64,000 nucleotides of DNA from Candidatus Dormiibacterota bacterium (GTDB taxonomy: Bacteria; Chloroflexota; Limnocylindria; Limnocylindrales; CSP1-4). The position numbers and the translations under genes were made by a program. Below, in pieces: positions 17,075 to 26,685 of this stretch. Under the pieces are notes generated by a model. The model worked only from the letters and a program-made list of their open reading frames with translations, did not search any database and was not told the origin of the DNA. The stretch lies in NCBI GenBank assembly GCA_035631615.1, contig DASQIK010000027.1, forward strand, positions 63,446 to 127,445, written 5' to 3'. Each line of letters opens with the position of its first letter. Within the stretch, counting starts at the first letter, position 1.

Positions 17075-18980
17075 CGGCGAGCCGCCTCACGTCGTACAGC
17101 TGGATGTCGCCGCTGTCATAGATGCGATCGACCCGCGGGACGCTGTCCCACTTGGCAAGCACAGTCGCGAGGATCGGCGTGGCGTGCCGTCGCTCGAAGA
17201 TCTCGCCCTCCTCGTAGTAGAACGGCACCAGGGGGAGACTCGAAGCCAATCGACGGTCGATCAGGATGTAGTCGATGCGCGCCGCCTTGATTCGGGCGAT
17301 CTCGAGCGGCCCGACGACCGGCGATAGGAAGATCTGCCAGGTTTCGACGTGGCCCGATGTGTAGAAGACCACGTCGGCCTGCCCGTACGAACCCAACAGG
17401 AGCCGATTGACCCGATCCCCGGCAACCCGCCGATTCGGGCCAAGGACGGCAAGCGTCCAGCCGGCCGCGGCGATGCTCTCGTTGTCGATCGACCGCGAAT
17501 CCGCGCCGACGAGGTATGGCCCCGGGAACCTCGTGGCCGGCGCCGTGCCGATCACCGCGCCGCCAAGGATGGCGAGGCACACGATGGCCACGAACGCGCC
17601 CGTCCACACCTGTTGCGACCGGGCCGGCGAGCCACGGATGGTCCACCGAACCGGATCGCGGGTGCCGCGGACGCGCCCCGCGATCGTCTCGGCCGTTGCG
17701 ATCACGCCGAGCGCGACGACGAACGAGAGCCCGAGGAACACGAAGCCGAGGCTTCGTCCGGCGGCCTCGCTGCCCGTAGGCGTGAGTCGCGCGACCAGGC
17801 TCAGGGGATAGGCGAGGGCAAGCAGCCCGAGCAGCAGGGCGAGGGAGTTGTCTCGATACCGCCGGATGAGCGGTGCCAGGCCGATCGGGATCGCCAGGGT
17901 CAGGAGCGCCGCGGTCCCCAGGCCGACCGCCCGCTCCCACACCGGCGCCACCTGGCCCGTCGCCGAGACGAAGGGCGTGCGGCCAACGCCCGTCGTCACC
18001 AGCCGTATGGCCTCGTTGATGGCTGCGGCAATCGGTGGCGCAAGGTAGCCCACGACGACCGGGCCCGCAAACACCAGCCAGAGGGCGGTGGCGCTGAGCA
18101 TGAGGGCGGTCGAGAAGATGATCCCCCATCGTCGGTACCGATCTCTTCGATGCACGATCCGGTTGACGACGATCCAGCCGACCAGGAGGGCAGCCGCCCC
18201 GTAGGTCGACACATGGTGGGTGATCGCCAGCGTCGCCGAGCTCGCCGCCAGCGCTGCGGCAAGGAGGACTCCGCCTCCGCGCTGAGCGCGGATGGCCGTG
18301 ATCAGGAGCACGACCGGGACGAGGGGAAGCGCGAGTGTCTCGTAGGAAAAGCCCGAGTCGAAGAACGTGAAGTTCGGGTTGAGCATGTAGATGGCGGTCG
18401 CCAGTCCGGCGACGCGCTCGGACGACGATGCTTCCCGATACAGCGCGAACAGGCCGATCGCGAACAATATTCTCGCGAACGCGAGCACGACGGCTGCGGC
18501 CGTGAACGGATCGACCCCGCTGATCTGGACCACCGCCGCCGTGACGATCTCGAGGCCCGGGAAGACCGGGCTGACGGGGAGGAGCGGGTTCGGCGTAAAG
18601 AGGTGGCCGGTGCTCAGAATGTCGGTGATCGTGCGGAGGTGGAGCAGCGCGTCGTAGTTCGTGAAGCCGGCGGGCGAGCTGACGAAGTGCACGACCTCGA
18701 GCACGAGACCGAGCACGAGCACGAGACCGACACGCTCCGCGGTTCCGGGTGCCTTCGCAGTCAGGCGCACCGTGATCGGGGCAGCGATCAAGAGGAGCCC
18801 GATCCAGAACAGCGGCTCGGCGTACTGGAACCCGGCGCCGACGAGGGCGAAGGACGAGGAGACAGCGACCACGCCGGCCGCGGCGACCAGCGACAGCGCC
18901 GGAAGCCAGCCCCAGCCGCGCGCGCGGTACGCCGCGGGATCGGGGCGCCCGAGCGGCGAATTCGAGCGCAGGTCTACCAC
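17064..18980 (-). CDS. large polytopic membrane protein, putative GT-C-type glycosyltransferase
   Basis: 638 aa with at least 12 hydrophobic segments across the N-terminal ~450 aa and a ~170 aa C-terminal soluble domain, as in GT-C/oligosaccharyltransferase-like enzymes. Overlaps the downstream gene by 11 nt. Confidence 0.5.
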   Translation of the reverse strand: MVDLRSNSPLGRPDPAAYRARGWGWLPALSLVAAAGVVAVSSSFALVGAGFQYAEPLFWIGLLLIAAPITVRLTAKAPGTAERVGLVLVLGLVLEVVHFVSSPAGFTNYDALLHLRTITDILSTGHLFTPNPLLPVSPVFPGLEIVTAAVVQISGVDPFTAAAVVLAFARILFAIGLFALYREASSSERVAGLATAIYMLNPNFTFFDSGFSYETLALPLVPVVLLITAIRAQRGGGVLLAAALAASSATLAITHHVSTYGAAALLVGWIVVNRIVHRRDRYRRWGIIFSTALMLSATALWLVFAGPVVVGYLAPPIAAAINEAIRLVTTGVGRTPFVSATGQVAPVWERAVGLGTAALLTLAIPIGLAPLIRRYRDNSLALLLGLLALAYPLSLVARLTPTGSEAAGRSLGFVFLGLSFVVALGVIATAETIAGRVRGTRDPVRWTIRGSPARSQQVWTGAFVAIVCLAILGGAVIGTAPATRFPGPYLVGADSRSIDNESIAAAGWTLAVLGPNRRVAGDRVNRLLLGSYGQADVVFYTSGHVETWQIFLSPVVGPLEIARIKAARIDYILIDRRLASSLPLVPFYYEEGEIFERRHATPILATVLAKWDSVPRVDRIYDSGDIQLYDVRRLAGAR

Positions 18981-19507
18981 AGTCGTCGTTCTCCGCGAGT
19001 GCCGGCTCGTCCGTCGACGCTGTGACCTCGGACGGAGATCAGTGGGCCTCGCGCGCGTCCAGCCCGGAGGCTCGGTTACCCGGCTCGAAAGACTCCTGCG
19101 TCGGGTTCATGCTCGCGGCGGATGATAGCAAGGGGGCAATCCGACACGCCGGGTCAGTGGTCGGGTAGGCCTATCCCGTGCGATCGCTCGCGGCCCGGGC
19201 CCCCGCGGGGGGAGTCTCGAGTCGCGCGCTGATCGACCTGGGCAGCGTCACGGGCCGACGCCGGCGTTGATCCGTCGAGTCCCCGAACATACTTCGGTAG
19301 GCCGACGGATAGCCAACGCGCCGGGCGACTCGGTAGAGCTCCGTGGCGTCCTCGATCGAACAGGCGATCTGCTTCGCCAATCGCTCGATGTTCGCGCGGT
19401 CGCCGGACAGGAACGCCGCAGGATGTCTGATGGCTTCAACGAGCGAGGACGACCGAGGAAGACGCACGCGACTCTCCCGAGGCTGACCGACCGCGACCGA
19501 TGTTCGA

Positions 19508-20722
19508 ATGAACGTACACCCGGACGGGAACGCGTCGACCTCCCGATATGACTATTGGCGTTCAGACGAAGGTGCGGGCCGGCGCGGTGAAGGGCGACTG
19601 CCGGCGCTCGCCACTCGTGCCATCCGTACACTCGACCTCGTGCTCATCTCGATACTCTCGGCCCAGCGGACCGCGATGCGCGCGCTCCGCCTGCTCGGCG
19701 ACTGGGCAGGATGGTCGAAGGAGACGTACCTCTACCAGCGGGTGAACGAGTACCGTCTGATCTGGGAGCGCGTCGCCATGGCGGAGGGAGGCACGTTCAC
19801 GGAGCTCGCGTCGGACCTCTGGCAGATCGACGTCGGGCACCATCGAGTCCGTGTCCTGAACTACCAGCTTGAATTCGACAATCCTGTGACCCTTGGCCTT
19901 GCGGGTCGCAAGCGGATCGTCCACGGTCTCCTGGGTGCAGCCGGCGTGTCCGTGCCCGAACATCTCGCGTTCACCCTGGAGACGATGGATGCCGCGCGAG
20001 ACTTCGTGGCGAACCATCCGCTTGGGTGCGTCATCAAACCATCCGGTGGATACGGTGGCAGGGGGGTCACCACACATGTCCAGCTGCCCGGCGAGGTCCG
20101 GTCTGCATCCCTGCGGGCGTCGGTCCACGATCCGGAGCTCCTCGTCGAGGCGATGATCCCCGGTGAATCGTTCCGCCTGCTCGTCCTCGAGGGCAAGGTG
20201 GTCGACGCCGTCTACCGGCGCGGGTCGCGCCTGACGGGCGACGGCGTGTCGACGATTCGGGAGCTGCTCGGCGCCGAAACCCCGGTGGACGGGCGCCGAC
20301 GCGATCCCGGGCTCGACGACGACCGGGACGTGAGCTTTACCCTGGTCGCACAGGGCCTCACCCTCGAATCCCGGCTCGACGCAGGCCGGGTCGTGCTGTA
20401 CCGGAGCACTGACCAGGCTCGGAAGCGCTACGCCGAGGTGCGGACCGTGTACACGGATTCGGCGCGGGATCTGATCTGCGAGTCGATCCGGTCCGACGCC
20501 GAGGCTGCCGCCCGTGTGATCGGGTCCGACTTCCTCGGCGTTGACGTCATCACGCTGGATCCCTCGGTCCCGCTCAGTGAGAGTGGCGGTGTGATCAACG
20601 AGGTGAACACCACGCCGGCGTTGCACCACCACTACGACATGACGCGCGAGCCGTATCCCGAGGCAGCCGTGCTCGCCATCGAGGCCCTCCTGAGGCGGCC
20701 TTCCGCCCTCGTCGATTCGTGA
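19508..20722 (+). CDS. ATP-grasp domain protein (cyanophycin-synthetase/RimK-like ligase)
   Basis: 'CVIKPSGGYGGRGVTTHV' (ATP-grasp Gly-rich loop), 'LLVEAMIPGESFRLLVLEGKVV', and 'GVDVITLDPSVPLSESGGVINEVNTTPAL'. The leader has locally lower GC. Confidence 0.6.
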   Translation: MNVHPDGNASTSRYDYWRSDEGAGRRGEGRLPALATRAIRTLDLVLISILSAQRTAMRALRLLGDWAGWSKETYLYQRVNEYRLIWERVAMAEGGTFTELASDLWQIDVGHHRVRVLNYQLEFDNPVTLGLAGRKRIVHGLLGAAGVSVPEHLAFTLETMDAARDFVANHPLGCVIKPSGGYGGRGVTTHVQLPGEVRSASLRASVHDPELLVEAMIPGESFRLLVLEGKVVDAVYRRGSRLTGDGVSTIRELLGAETPVDGRRRDPGLDDDRDVSFTLVAQGLTLESRLDAGRVVLYRSTDQARKRYAEVRTVYTDSARDLICESIRSDAEAAARVIGSDFLGVDVITLDPSVPLSESGGVINEVNTTPALHHHYDMTREPYPEAAVLAIEALLRRPSALVDS

Positions 20723-20729
20723 GATTCTG

Positions 20730-21908
20730 ATGCGCCCTGAACGAGCGGCGATTGCACCGCACCGCCTACGCGTCGCAGCTGTCGGCGACGTGATGCTGGG
20801 CCGTGAGGTGGGCGTCCATTTCGCATTGTCGCCCGGCGACTTTGCGATGCCGGATATCCGGGCGGCCTTCGCCGGAGCAGACGTCGTGCTGGCCAATCTC
20901 GAGAACCCGGTTGCGAGCACTGGCCGACCCGACCCGGCGCAGGACCCGCACGTCACGTTTCGGGCGGCACCCGAGACCCTGTCCGTGCTCAAGGGGATCG
21001 GCGTGAACGTCGTGGCGCTGGGCAACAACCACATGCTCGACTACGGCGAGGCAGCCCTCATCGAGACGCTCGAGCGGCTGGACGCCGCCGGCATCCGGCA
21101 TGTTGGGGCCGGCCGCGACTACGAAGAGGCGAACGCCCCGGTGCTCCTTGAAGTTCGCGGCCGAAGGATCGCGATCCTTTCCTATGCGTTCATCTACTCC
21201 GCGAACACACGAATGGCTTCACGGACGAGGTCGGGCATCAGCGATCATCGCCTCGACCGGATCCTGCGGCGCATCAGAGGCCTGGTTGCCGAGGGTTGCT
21301 GCGTCCTCGTCACGGCGCACTGGGGGTTCGAATACCGGTTCCATCCACTGCCGTACCAGATGCGCCAGGCACGCGCGATGATCGACGCCGGCGCACGTAT
21401 CGTGCTCGGACACGGGCCCCATATCCCGCAGGGCATCGAAGCGTACAGGGGACGGGACATCGTCTACAGCCTGGGGAACTTCATCTTCGACGAGCCGTAT
21501 ACGTACGCGAAGCGGAGCTTCATCTACCACGCGGAGATCGACGATGACGGGGCGACCATGAACCGACGGATGACGCCGGTCCTGCTCCCGCACCATGTCC
21601 CGTCCCTGATGGCGCACGACGACGCTGAGCGCATGCGGGCGCTCGTCGAAGCACTCAGTCGACGGTACGGGCGAAGGAGCAGTGCGTTCTGGCGGGACCA
21701 CAGCACGCGCTATCTCAACGAGCTCGGCGGACGTGTCGTGCGCAACCGATCGCTCAAGTACCTTCGGGTGCCGCCGATGGGGTTCTACCGGGACGTCGGG
21801 GCGACGGGCATCCTACGCATCGTGCAACGAGCGGTGACGGTTCTGCGACCTGGTGGAACACGTCGGGAATCAGGTGGCTCTCGCCGGCGACCGGAGGGAA
21901 TCTCGTGA
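20730..21908 (+). CDS. CapA/PgsA family protein (poly-gamma-glutamate synthesis-associated metallophosphoesterase fold, PGA_cap)
   Basis: 'LRVAAVGDVMLGREV...VVLANLENP...GVNVVALGNNHMLDYG...ILSYAF...VTAHWGFEY' matches the CapA family pattern. Confidence 0.75.
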   Translation: MRPERAAIAPHRLRVAAVGDVMLGREVGVHFALSPGDFAMPDIRAAFAGADVVLANLENPVASTGRPDPAQDPHVTFRAAPETLSVLKGIGVNVVALGNNHMLDYGEAALIETLERLDAAGIRHVGAGRDYEEANAPVLLEVRGRRIAILSYAFIYSANTRMASRTRSGISDHRLDRILRRIRGLVAEGCCVLVTAHWGFEYRFHPLPYQMRQARAMIDAGARIVLGHGPHIPQGIEAYRGRDIVYSLGNFIFDEPYTYAKRSFIYHAEIDDDGATMNRRMTPVLLPHHVPSLMAHDDAERMRALVEALSRRYGRRSSAFWRDHSTRYLNELGGRVVRNRSLKYLRVPPMGFYRDVGATGILRIVQRAVTVLRPGGTRRESGGSRRRPEGIS

Positions 21909-22987
21909 CCCGGCAAGGCAGCGTGCTGTCGGCCTGGCTACGGGCCACGCGGCACGTGCCCGCGACCTCGATGGCGCGGTTCGCCCGGCCGCAGCCACCC
22001 CGTTTCCCGGCGATCGACGCCCACACGCACCTGAACTCCGTGCACGCCTACGGCTGGCGGGGTCGACCCGTCGGCGACGTGATCCGGGCACTCGATCGCG
22101 CGGGCGTTCAAGGCCTCGTGAACCTCGACGGCGGTCACGGCGAGGCCCTGTCAGCGGAGATCGCCCGAGTCCAGACGCCGAATCCGGATCGGATCGTGGT
22201 CTTCGCCGGGGTCGACCCGGCCGCCTGGAAGCACGACGCACGCTTTGGCGCGATGGAGGCGGCACGTCTCGAGGACTCGGTTCGTCGCGGCGCGAGGGGG
22301 CTGAAGATCTGGAAGGACGTCGGCCTCCATGCGCGCGATCCCGACGGCCGCCTCGTCGCGCTCGATGACGAGCGTCTCGCGCCGATCTGGGAGACCGCGG
22401 GCGCCCTGGGCGTCCCGGTCCTCATTCACGTCGCCGACCCGAAGGCGTTCTTCGAGCGCCTGGACCGCAACAACGAGCGCTGGGACGAGCTGCGCCGCCA
22501 CCCGGATTGGCATTACTCCCCGATCCGGACGGCGCCGGATGGTCCCGGCTTCCCCAGCCACGACGAGCTGATCGGCCAGTTCGAGCGGATGGTGCAGCGC
22601 CACCCCGGGACGAGGTTCATCGGCGCCCACCTGGCCTCGAGCGGCGAGGATCTCGCCCGCTTGTCGGACATGCTCCGGAGGCTGCCAAACCTGTCGGTCG
22701 ACATCGCGGCGCGAATCAATGAGCTCGGGCGACAGCCCGCGGAGGCGAGGTCGTTCATCGAGACGTTCCAGGATCGCGTCCTGCTCGGCACGGACGCGGG
22801 GCCAGATCCGCGCTGGTATCCGATCTACTTCCGGTTCCTCGAAACCGCCGCGCACGACATGAACTACTCCGTCGGCTACCGCGCACCCCAGGGCAACTGG
22901 CGGATCGACGGGTTGAGCCTGTCCGACCGCGCGCTCGTGAAGGTGTATGCCGAAAACGCCTTGCGACTGATCCGATTCGGCCCGTAG
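21905..22987 (+). CDS. amidohydrolase family (TIM-barrel metal-dependent hydrolase, amidohydrolase_2-like)
   Basis: 'FPAIDAHTHL' metal-binding HxH near the N-terminus, plus 'VLIHVADP' and 'GTDAGPD'. GTG at 21905 overlaps the CapA stop; the alternative ATG at 21971 is more likely. Confidence 0.7.
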   Translation: MTRQGSVLSAWLRATRHVPATSMARFARPQPPRFPAIDAHTHLNSVHAYGWRGRPVGDVIRALDRAGVQGLVNLDGGHGEALSAEIARVQTPNPDRIVVFAGVDPAAWKHDARFGAMEAARLEDSVRRGARGLKIWKDVGLHARDPDGRLVALDDERLAPIWETAGALGVPVLIHVADPKAFFERLDRNNERWDELRRHPDWHYSPIRTAPDGPGFPSHDELIGQFERMVQRHPGTRFIGAHLASSGEDLARLSDMLRRLPNLSVDIAARINELGRQPAEARSFIETFQDRVLLGTDAGPDPRWYPIYFRFLETAAHDMNYSVGYRAPQGNWRIDGLSLSDRALVKVYAENALRLIRFGP

Positions 22988-24094
22988 GTGACGGCCACAT
23001 CGCGCCCAAGGCTGCTCTTCGTCAGCGCGCGATTCACGCCCGATGTCGGCGGCATCGAGACGCACGTCGCCGAGGTGGCGCCGCGCCTCGTCGAGATGGG
23101 CTTCGACGTCACGATCCTGACCACGGACCGGACCGGCACGCGAGCGTCAAGCGAGAAGACCAACGGGGTCGAGGTCGTCCGCGTCCCGGCATACCCGAGG
23201 TCGCGCGACTACTACCTCGCCCCGGCGCTGGTGGGCGAGATCCGACGCCACCCGTCCGACCTCATGCACCTGCAGGGCTACCACACCCTGGTGGCGCCCA
23301 TCGCGATGGCCGCCGCAGGGTCGCGCGGGCTCCCGTATGTCGTGTCGTTCCACAGCGGCGGACATCCCTCGAAGCTGCGCAACCGGGCCCGGGCGCTCCA
23401 GCGCCTCCTCCTCCGACCGGGCCTTGTCAGAGCCGACCGTCTGATCGCCGTATCCCGCTTCGAGCTGGACCTCTTTCGGCGGGATCTCCGGCTGTCTGCA
23501 TCACGGTTCAAGCTCATCAGGAACGGGAGCTCGCTGCCGGCCCCGCTGACGACGCGGCGCCCCGGCGCCGGACTGGTCGTATCGATCGGGCGGCTGGAGC
23601 GATACAAGGGCCACCGGCGCGTCGTCGAGGCATGGGGCGCCGTGCTCCGTGAGGTGCCACACGCGCGCCTGCGGATCATCGGCAGCGGGCCCGACGAGGG
23701 TCCCATCCGCGCGCTGATCAGGTCGTCAGGGATGGAGGATCGGATCACGCTGGAGTCGATTCCCGGGGATGATCGCCAGGCGATCGCGGACGCGCTGGGC
23801 GAGGCGAACCTGGTCGTGCTCTTGAGCGACTACGAGGCCCATCCGGTCGCGGTCATGGAGGCGCTCGCGGTCGCGACCCCCGTGCTCGTCGCTCGCACCA
23901 GCGGACTCACGGAGCTCGTCGAGGACGGCCTCGCGGCGGGCATCGATCCGTCGGCGTCGATGGCCCAGGTCGCAGCCGGCGTCGTCGCGGAGCTTCGCCG
24001 GCCGCGCGTGGTCGCGACACCCCTGCCGACGTGGGACGACTGTGCCGTCCAGCTGCGCGACCTCTATCACGAGATCCTCGAGGGCCGGCGGTGA
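22988..24094 (+). CDS. glycosyltransferase family 4 (GT-B fold)
   Basis: 'LLFVSARFTPDVGGIETHVAEV', with C-terminal 'VLLSDYEAHPVAVMEALAVATPVLV' (EX7E-like). Confidence 0.75.
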   Translation: MTATSRPRLLFVSARFTPDVGGIETHVAEVAPRLVEMGFDVTILTTDRTGTRASSEKTNGVEVVRVPAYPRSRDYYLAPALVGEIRRHPSDLMHLQGYHTLVAPIAMAAAGSRGLPYVVSFHSGGHPSKLRNRARALQRLLLRPGLVRADRLIAVSRFELDLFRRDLRLSASRFKLIRNGSSLPAPLTTRRPGAGLVVSIGRLERYKGHRRVVEAWGAVLREVPHARLRIIGSGPDEGPIRALIRSSGMEDRITLESIPGDDRQAIADALGEANLVVLLSDYEAHPVAVMEALAVATPVLVARTSGLTELVEDGLAAGIDPSASMAQVAAGVVAELRRPRVVATPLPTWDDCAVQLRDLYHEILEGRR

Positions 24095-25317
24095 GGATCC
24101 TGATGCTTGCCCAGTGGTATCCGCCGATCCTCGGCGGTGAGGAGCTCCACGTGGCGAACCTGTCGAAGGCACTCGTCGCTCGTGGCCACGAGGTCATCGT
24201 GGCGACGCTCGAGCAGCAGGGCCTGCCGGCCGAGGAGTTCGATGGCGACGTTCGTGTCGTCCGGGTCGCCGGTGGCCTGCAGCGCTTCGAGGCGCTCTTC
24301 GCCGACTCCGCACGCCGGTCGGCGGCACCCATCCCGGACCCGCTCTTGACCATCGCGATCAACCGGATCGTCAGCCGCTTCCACCCGGACGTGATGCACG
24401 CCCACAACTGGCTCGTGCACGCCGCACTACCGATTCGCGCCGCCCGCGGCATCCCGCTCGTGCAGACGCTGCACGACTTCAGCCTTGTCTGCGCCCAGAA
24501 GGTGCTCCTCCGAAATGGGCGGGCGTGCTCCGGTCCAGGCCCAATCAAGTGCCTGACCTGCACCGCAGACCACTACGGAGCCATCAAGGGCCCGATCACG
24601 ACCGTCGCCAACTGGGCCGATGGCCTCGCTCAGCGCCGGCTCGTGGATCGGTTCATCGCAGTGAGTCGCGCCGTCGCGGACGGGACCGGGTTGACCGGCG
24701 AGCGCTCCGAGGTGGTGCCGAACTTCGTGCCGGACGAGACGCCACCGCCGCCGGATGTCGGGATGTACCAGTCGCAGCTCCCCTCTGTGCCGTACTTCCT
24801 GTTCGTCGGGGCCCTCGGTCGCCTGAAGGGCCTCGAGGTGCTCCTGCGCGCCTACCAGACCGACGGATCGCTGCCGCCGCTGGTCCTGATCGGCTATCGA
24901 ACGCGCGAGACTGACGAGCTGCTGCGCGACCTGCCGGCGAACGTGATCGCGCTCGGACAGTGGCCACATCCTGCGGTGCAGCTCGCCTGGACCGGCGCTA
25001 TCGCGGGCCTCCTGCCCTCGATCTGCCAGGAGGCCTGCCCGACCGTCGCAATCGAGGCGATGCGCGCAGGCAGGCCGGTGATCGCCAGCCGGCTCGGCGG
25101 GTCGATCGATCTCGTCGAGGACGGTGGGACAGGCATCCTCGTCCCACCCGAGGATCGGGTGGCCCTCCTGGGCGCCGTCCGCGAGCTGGCCGATCAGCCG
25201 GGCCTCGTGGCAACGATGGGAGCCCGCGCCCGCGAGCGGTCCGCCCGTTACACCGCCTCGGCGGTCGTTCCCCGCATCGAGGCGGTCTACAGGGCGGTGA
25301 CTGCCGGGGCGCGGTAG
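24091..25317 (+). CDS. glycosyltransferase family 4 (GT-B fold)
   Basis: 'ILMLAQWYPPILGGEELHV' and 'CQEACPTVAIEAMRAGRPVIASRLGGSIDLVEDGGTG'. GTG start overlaps the upstream stop (GTGA). Confidence 0.75.
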   Translation: MRILMLAQWYPPILGGEELHVANLSKALVARGHEVIVATLEQQGLPAEEFDGDVRVVRVAGGLQRFEALFADSARRSAAPIPDPLLTIAINRIVSRFHPDVMHAHNWLVHAALPIRAARGIPLVQTLHDFSLVCAQKVLLRNGRACSGPGPIKCLTCTADHYGAIKGPITTVANWADGLAQRRLVDRFIAVSRAVADGTGLTGERSEVVPNFVPDETPPPPDVGMYQSQLPSVPYFLFVGALGRLKGLEVLLRAYQTDGSLPPLVLIGYRTRETDELLRDLPANVIALGQWPHPAVQLAWTGAIAGLLPSICQEACPTVAIEAMRAGRPVIASRLGGSIDLVEDGGTGILVPPEDRVALLGAVRELADQPGLVATMGARARERSARYTASAVVPRIEAVYRAVTAGAR

Positions 25318-25610
25318 CTGTCAGCAAGACTGCCACCGCATGGTGGTTTGCAATGTCGGTGGGATAGCTTGATGCGGTCCAGAGCCGTCTTGTGGAGGTC
25401 GGTCCGGTTAGGCTGAAAAACCTGTGTCGCCTGGACGCACCACGCCACGTTCGGAGCCTCGAATCGAGTTCCGTTGCGCCCTTAGTCCGGTGTTGACGCA
25501 GTACTTTTGGCGGTGCAGACTCGGCGTCCCTGAGGCACCTGCAGGTCCCACAGGCAGCACTTATCTCACTCGGTTTTCTCGTCGGTTCTTGGAGGAAGAC
25601 GGCACAGGGT

Positions 25611-25638
25611 GCGCAGCACGGAACGGTTCCGATCGCGG
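25611..25638. promoter_or_regulatory. tandem palindromic candidate operator GGAACGGTTCC-N6-GGAACGGTTCC
   Basis: Two identical 11-bp palindromes (5-bp arms), 17 bp centre-to-centre, in a 520-bp low-density intergenic region upstream of the GT2 gene pair. Confidence 0.35.
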
Positions 25639-25841
25639 AACGGTTCCGGGAGCATCGCACCCGGTTGCATTGATCGATTCGCCCGTCGCCGACGCACTGA
25701 ACGTGCGTCACCACGATCGCATGTGCCCGCAGTCGCAGTTCGTTTCGGCGACCCTGGAGGTGCGGGCATCTCAACCCAGCGCGGACTCTGAGGAAGCAAT
25801 CCATTGGCACTGAATCTCGAAAATAATAAGGAAGCGTCAGG

Positions 25842-26685
25842 AGTGCGATCGGCCGGCCGCCGTCACCACGCCGTGGCGCCCGAGCATCGCATCCGGGACC
25901 GCGCCCTCGTCGAGTCGACCGCATCCTCCGGGGGCGACCACGCCGACGCCGGCCGCGTCGCGGTCGGGATCAGCGTGGTGATCCCCGCCCGGAACGAGGC
26001 CGACAACATCGCATGGGTCCTGCGCCGTATCCCGAGCTATGTCGACGAGGTCGTGATCGTCGACGGGAGGTCCACCGACGCCACGATCGCCGTGGCCCGG
26101 ATGGTCCGCCCCGACGTCGTTGTCGTGACCGACAACGGCCTCGGCAAGGGCGACGCGATGCGCGTCGGCGCCAAGATGGCTCGCGGCTCGATCGTCGTGA
26201 TGATGGACGCCGACGGGAGCATGGACCCAGCCGAGATCGAGCGGTTCGTGGAGCCCCTGGCCCAGGACTTCGATTTCGTGAAAGGTTCGCGCTTCCTCGC
26301 AGGCGGCGGAACGAGCGATATGACGACCCTGCGAAAGGCCGGGCACTGGGCCCTGCTGACCCTCGCCAACGTGATGTACGGCAGCCGGTGGTCTGACCTG
26401 TGCTACGGGTTCTGCGCCTTCCGCCGGTCCGCCCTCGACGAGCTGGCGCTCGATGCGGACGGGTTCGAGATCGAGACCCAGATGGTTGTCCGCTCGGCGC
26501 GCATCCAGCTGCGAATCACCGAGGTGCCGAGCTATGAGTATCCCCGTAGGTTCGGGAACTCGCAGCTGAACACGTTTCGTGACGGCTGGCGCGTCCTGTG
26601 CACGATCTTCCAGGAGCGGGTGAAGCGTCACCCCGTGGCGGCCATCGACGAACCAGGGATGGCGGACGAGCTCATCGATGCCTGA
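25842..26685 (+). CDS. glycosyltransferase family 2 (polyprenyl-phosphate sugar synthase-like)
   Basis: 'ISVVIPARNEADNI...VVIVDGRSTDAT...VMMDADGSMDP' (GT2 DxD). An AT-rich 'AAAATAATAAGGAAG' RBS region lies upstream; exact start (GTG 25842 or downstream) is uncertain. Confidence 0.7.

Noticed and set aside
25424-25813. 129-aa ORF inside the long intergenic region
   Set aside because: It has no RBS, atypical composition and no similarity to anything recognisable. It is more likely non-coding regulatory DNA.
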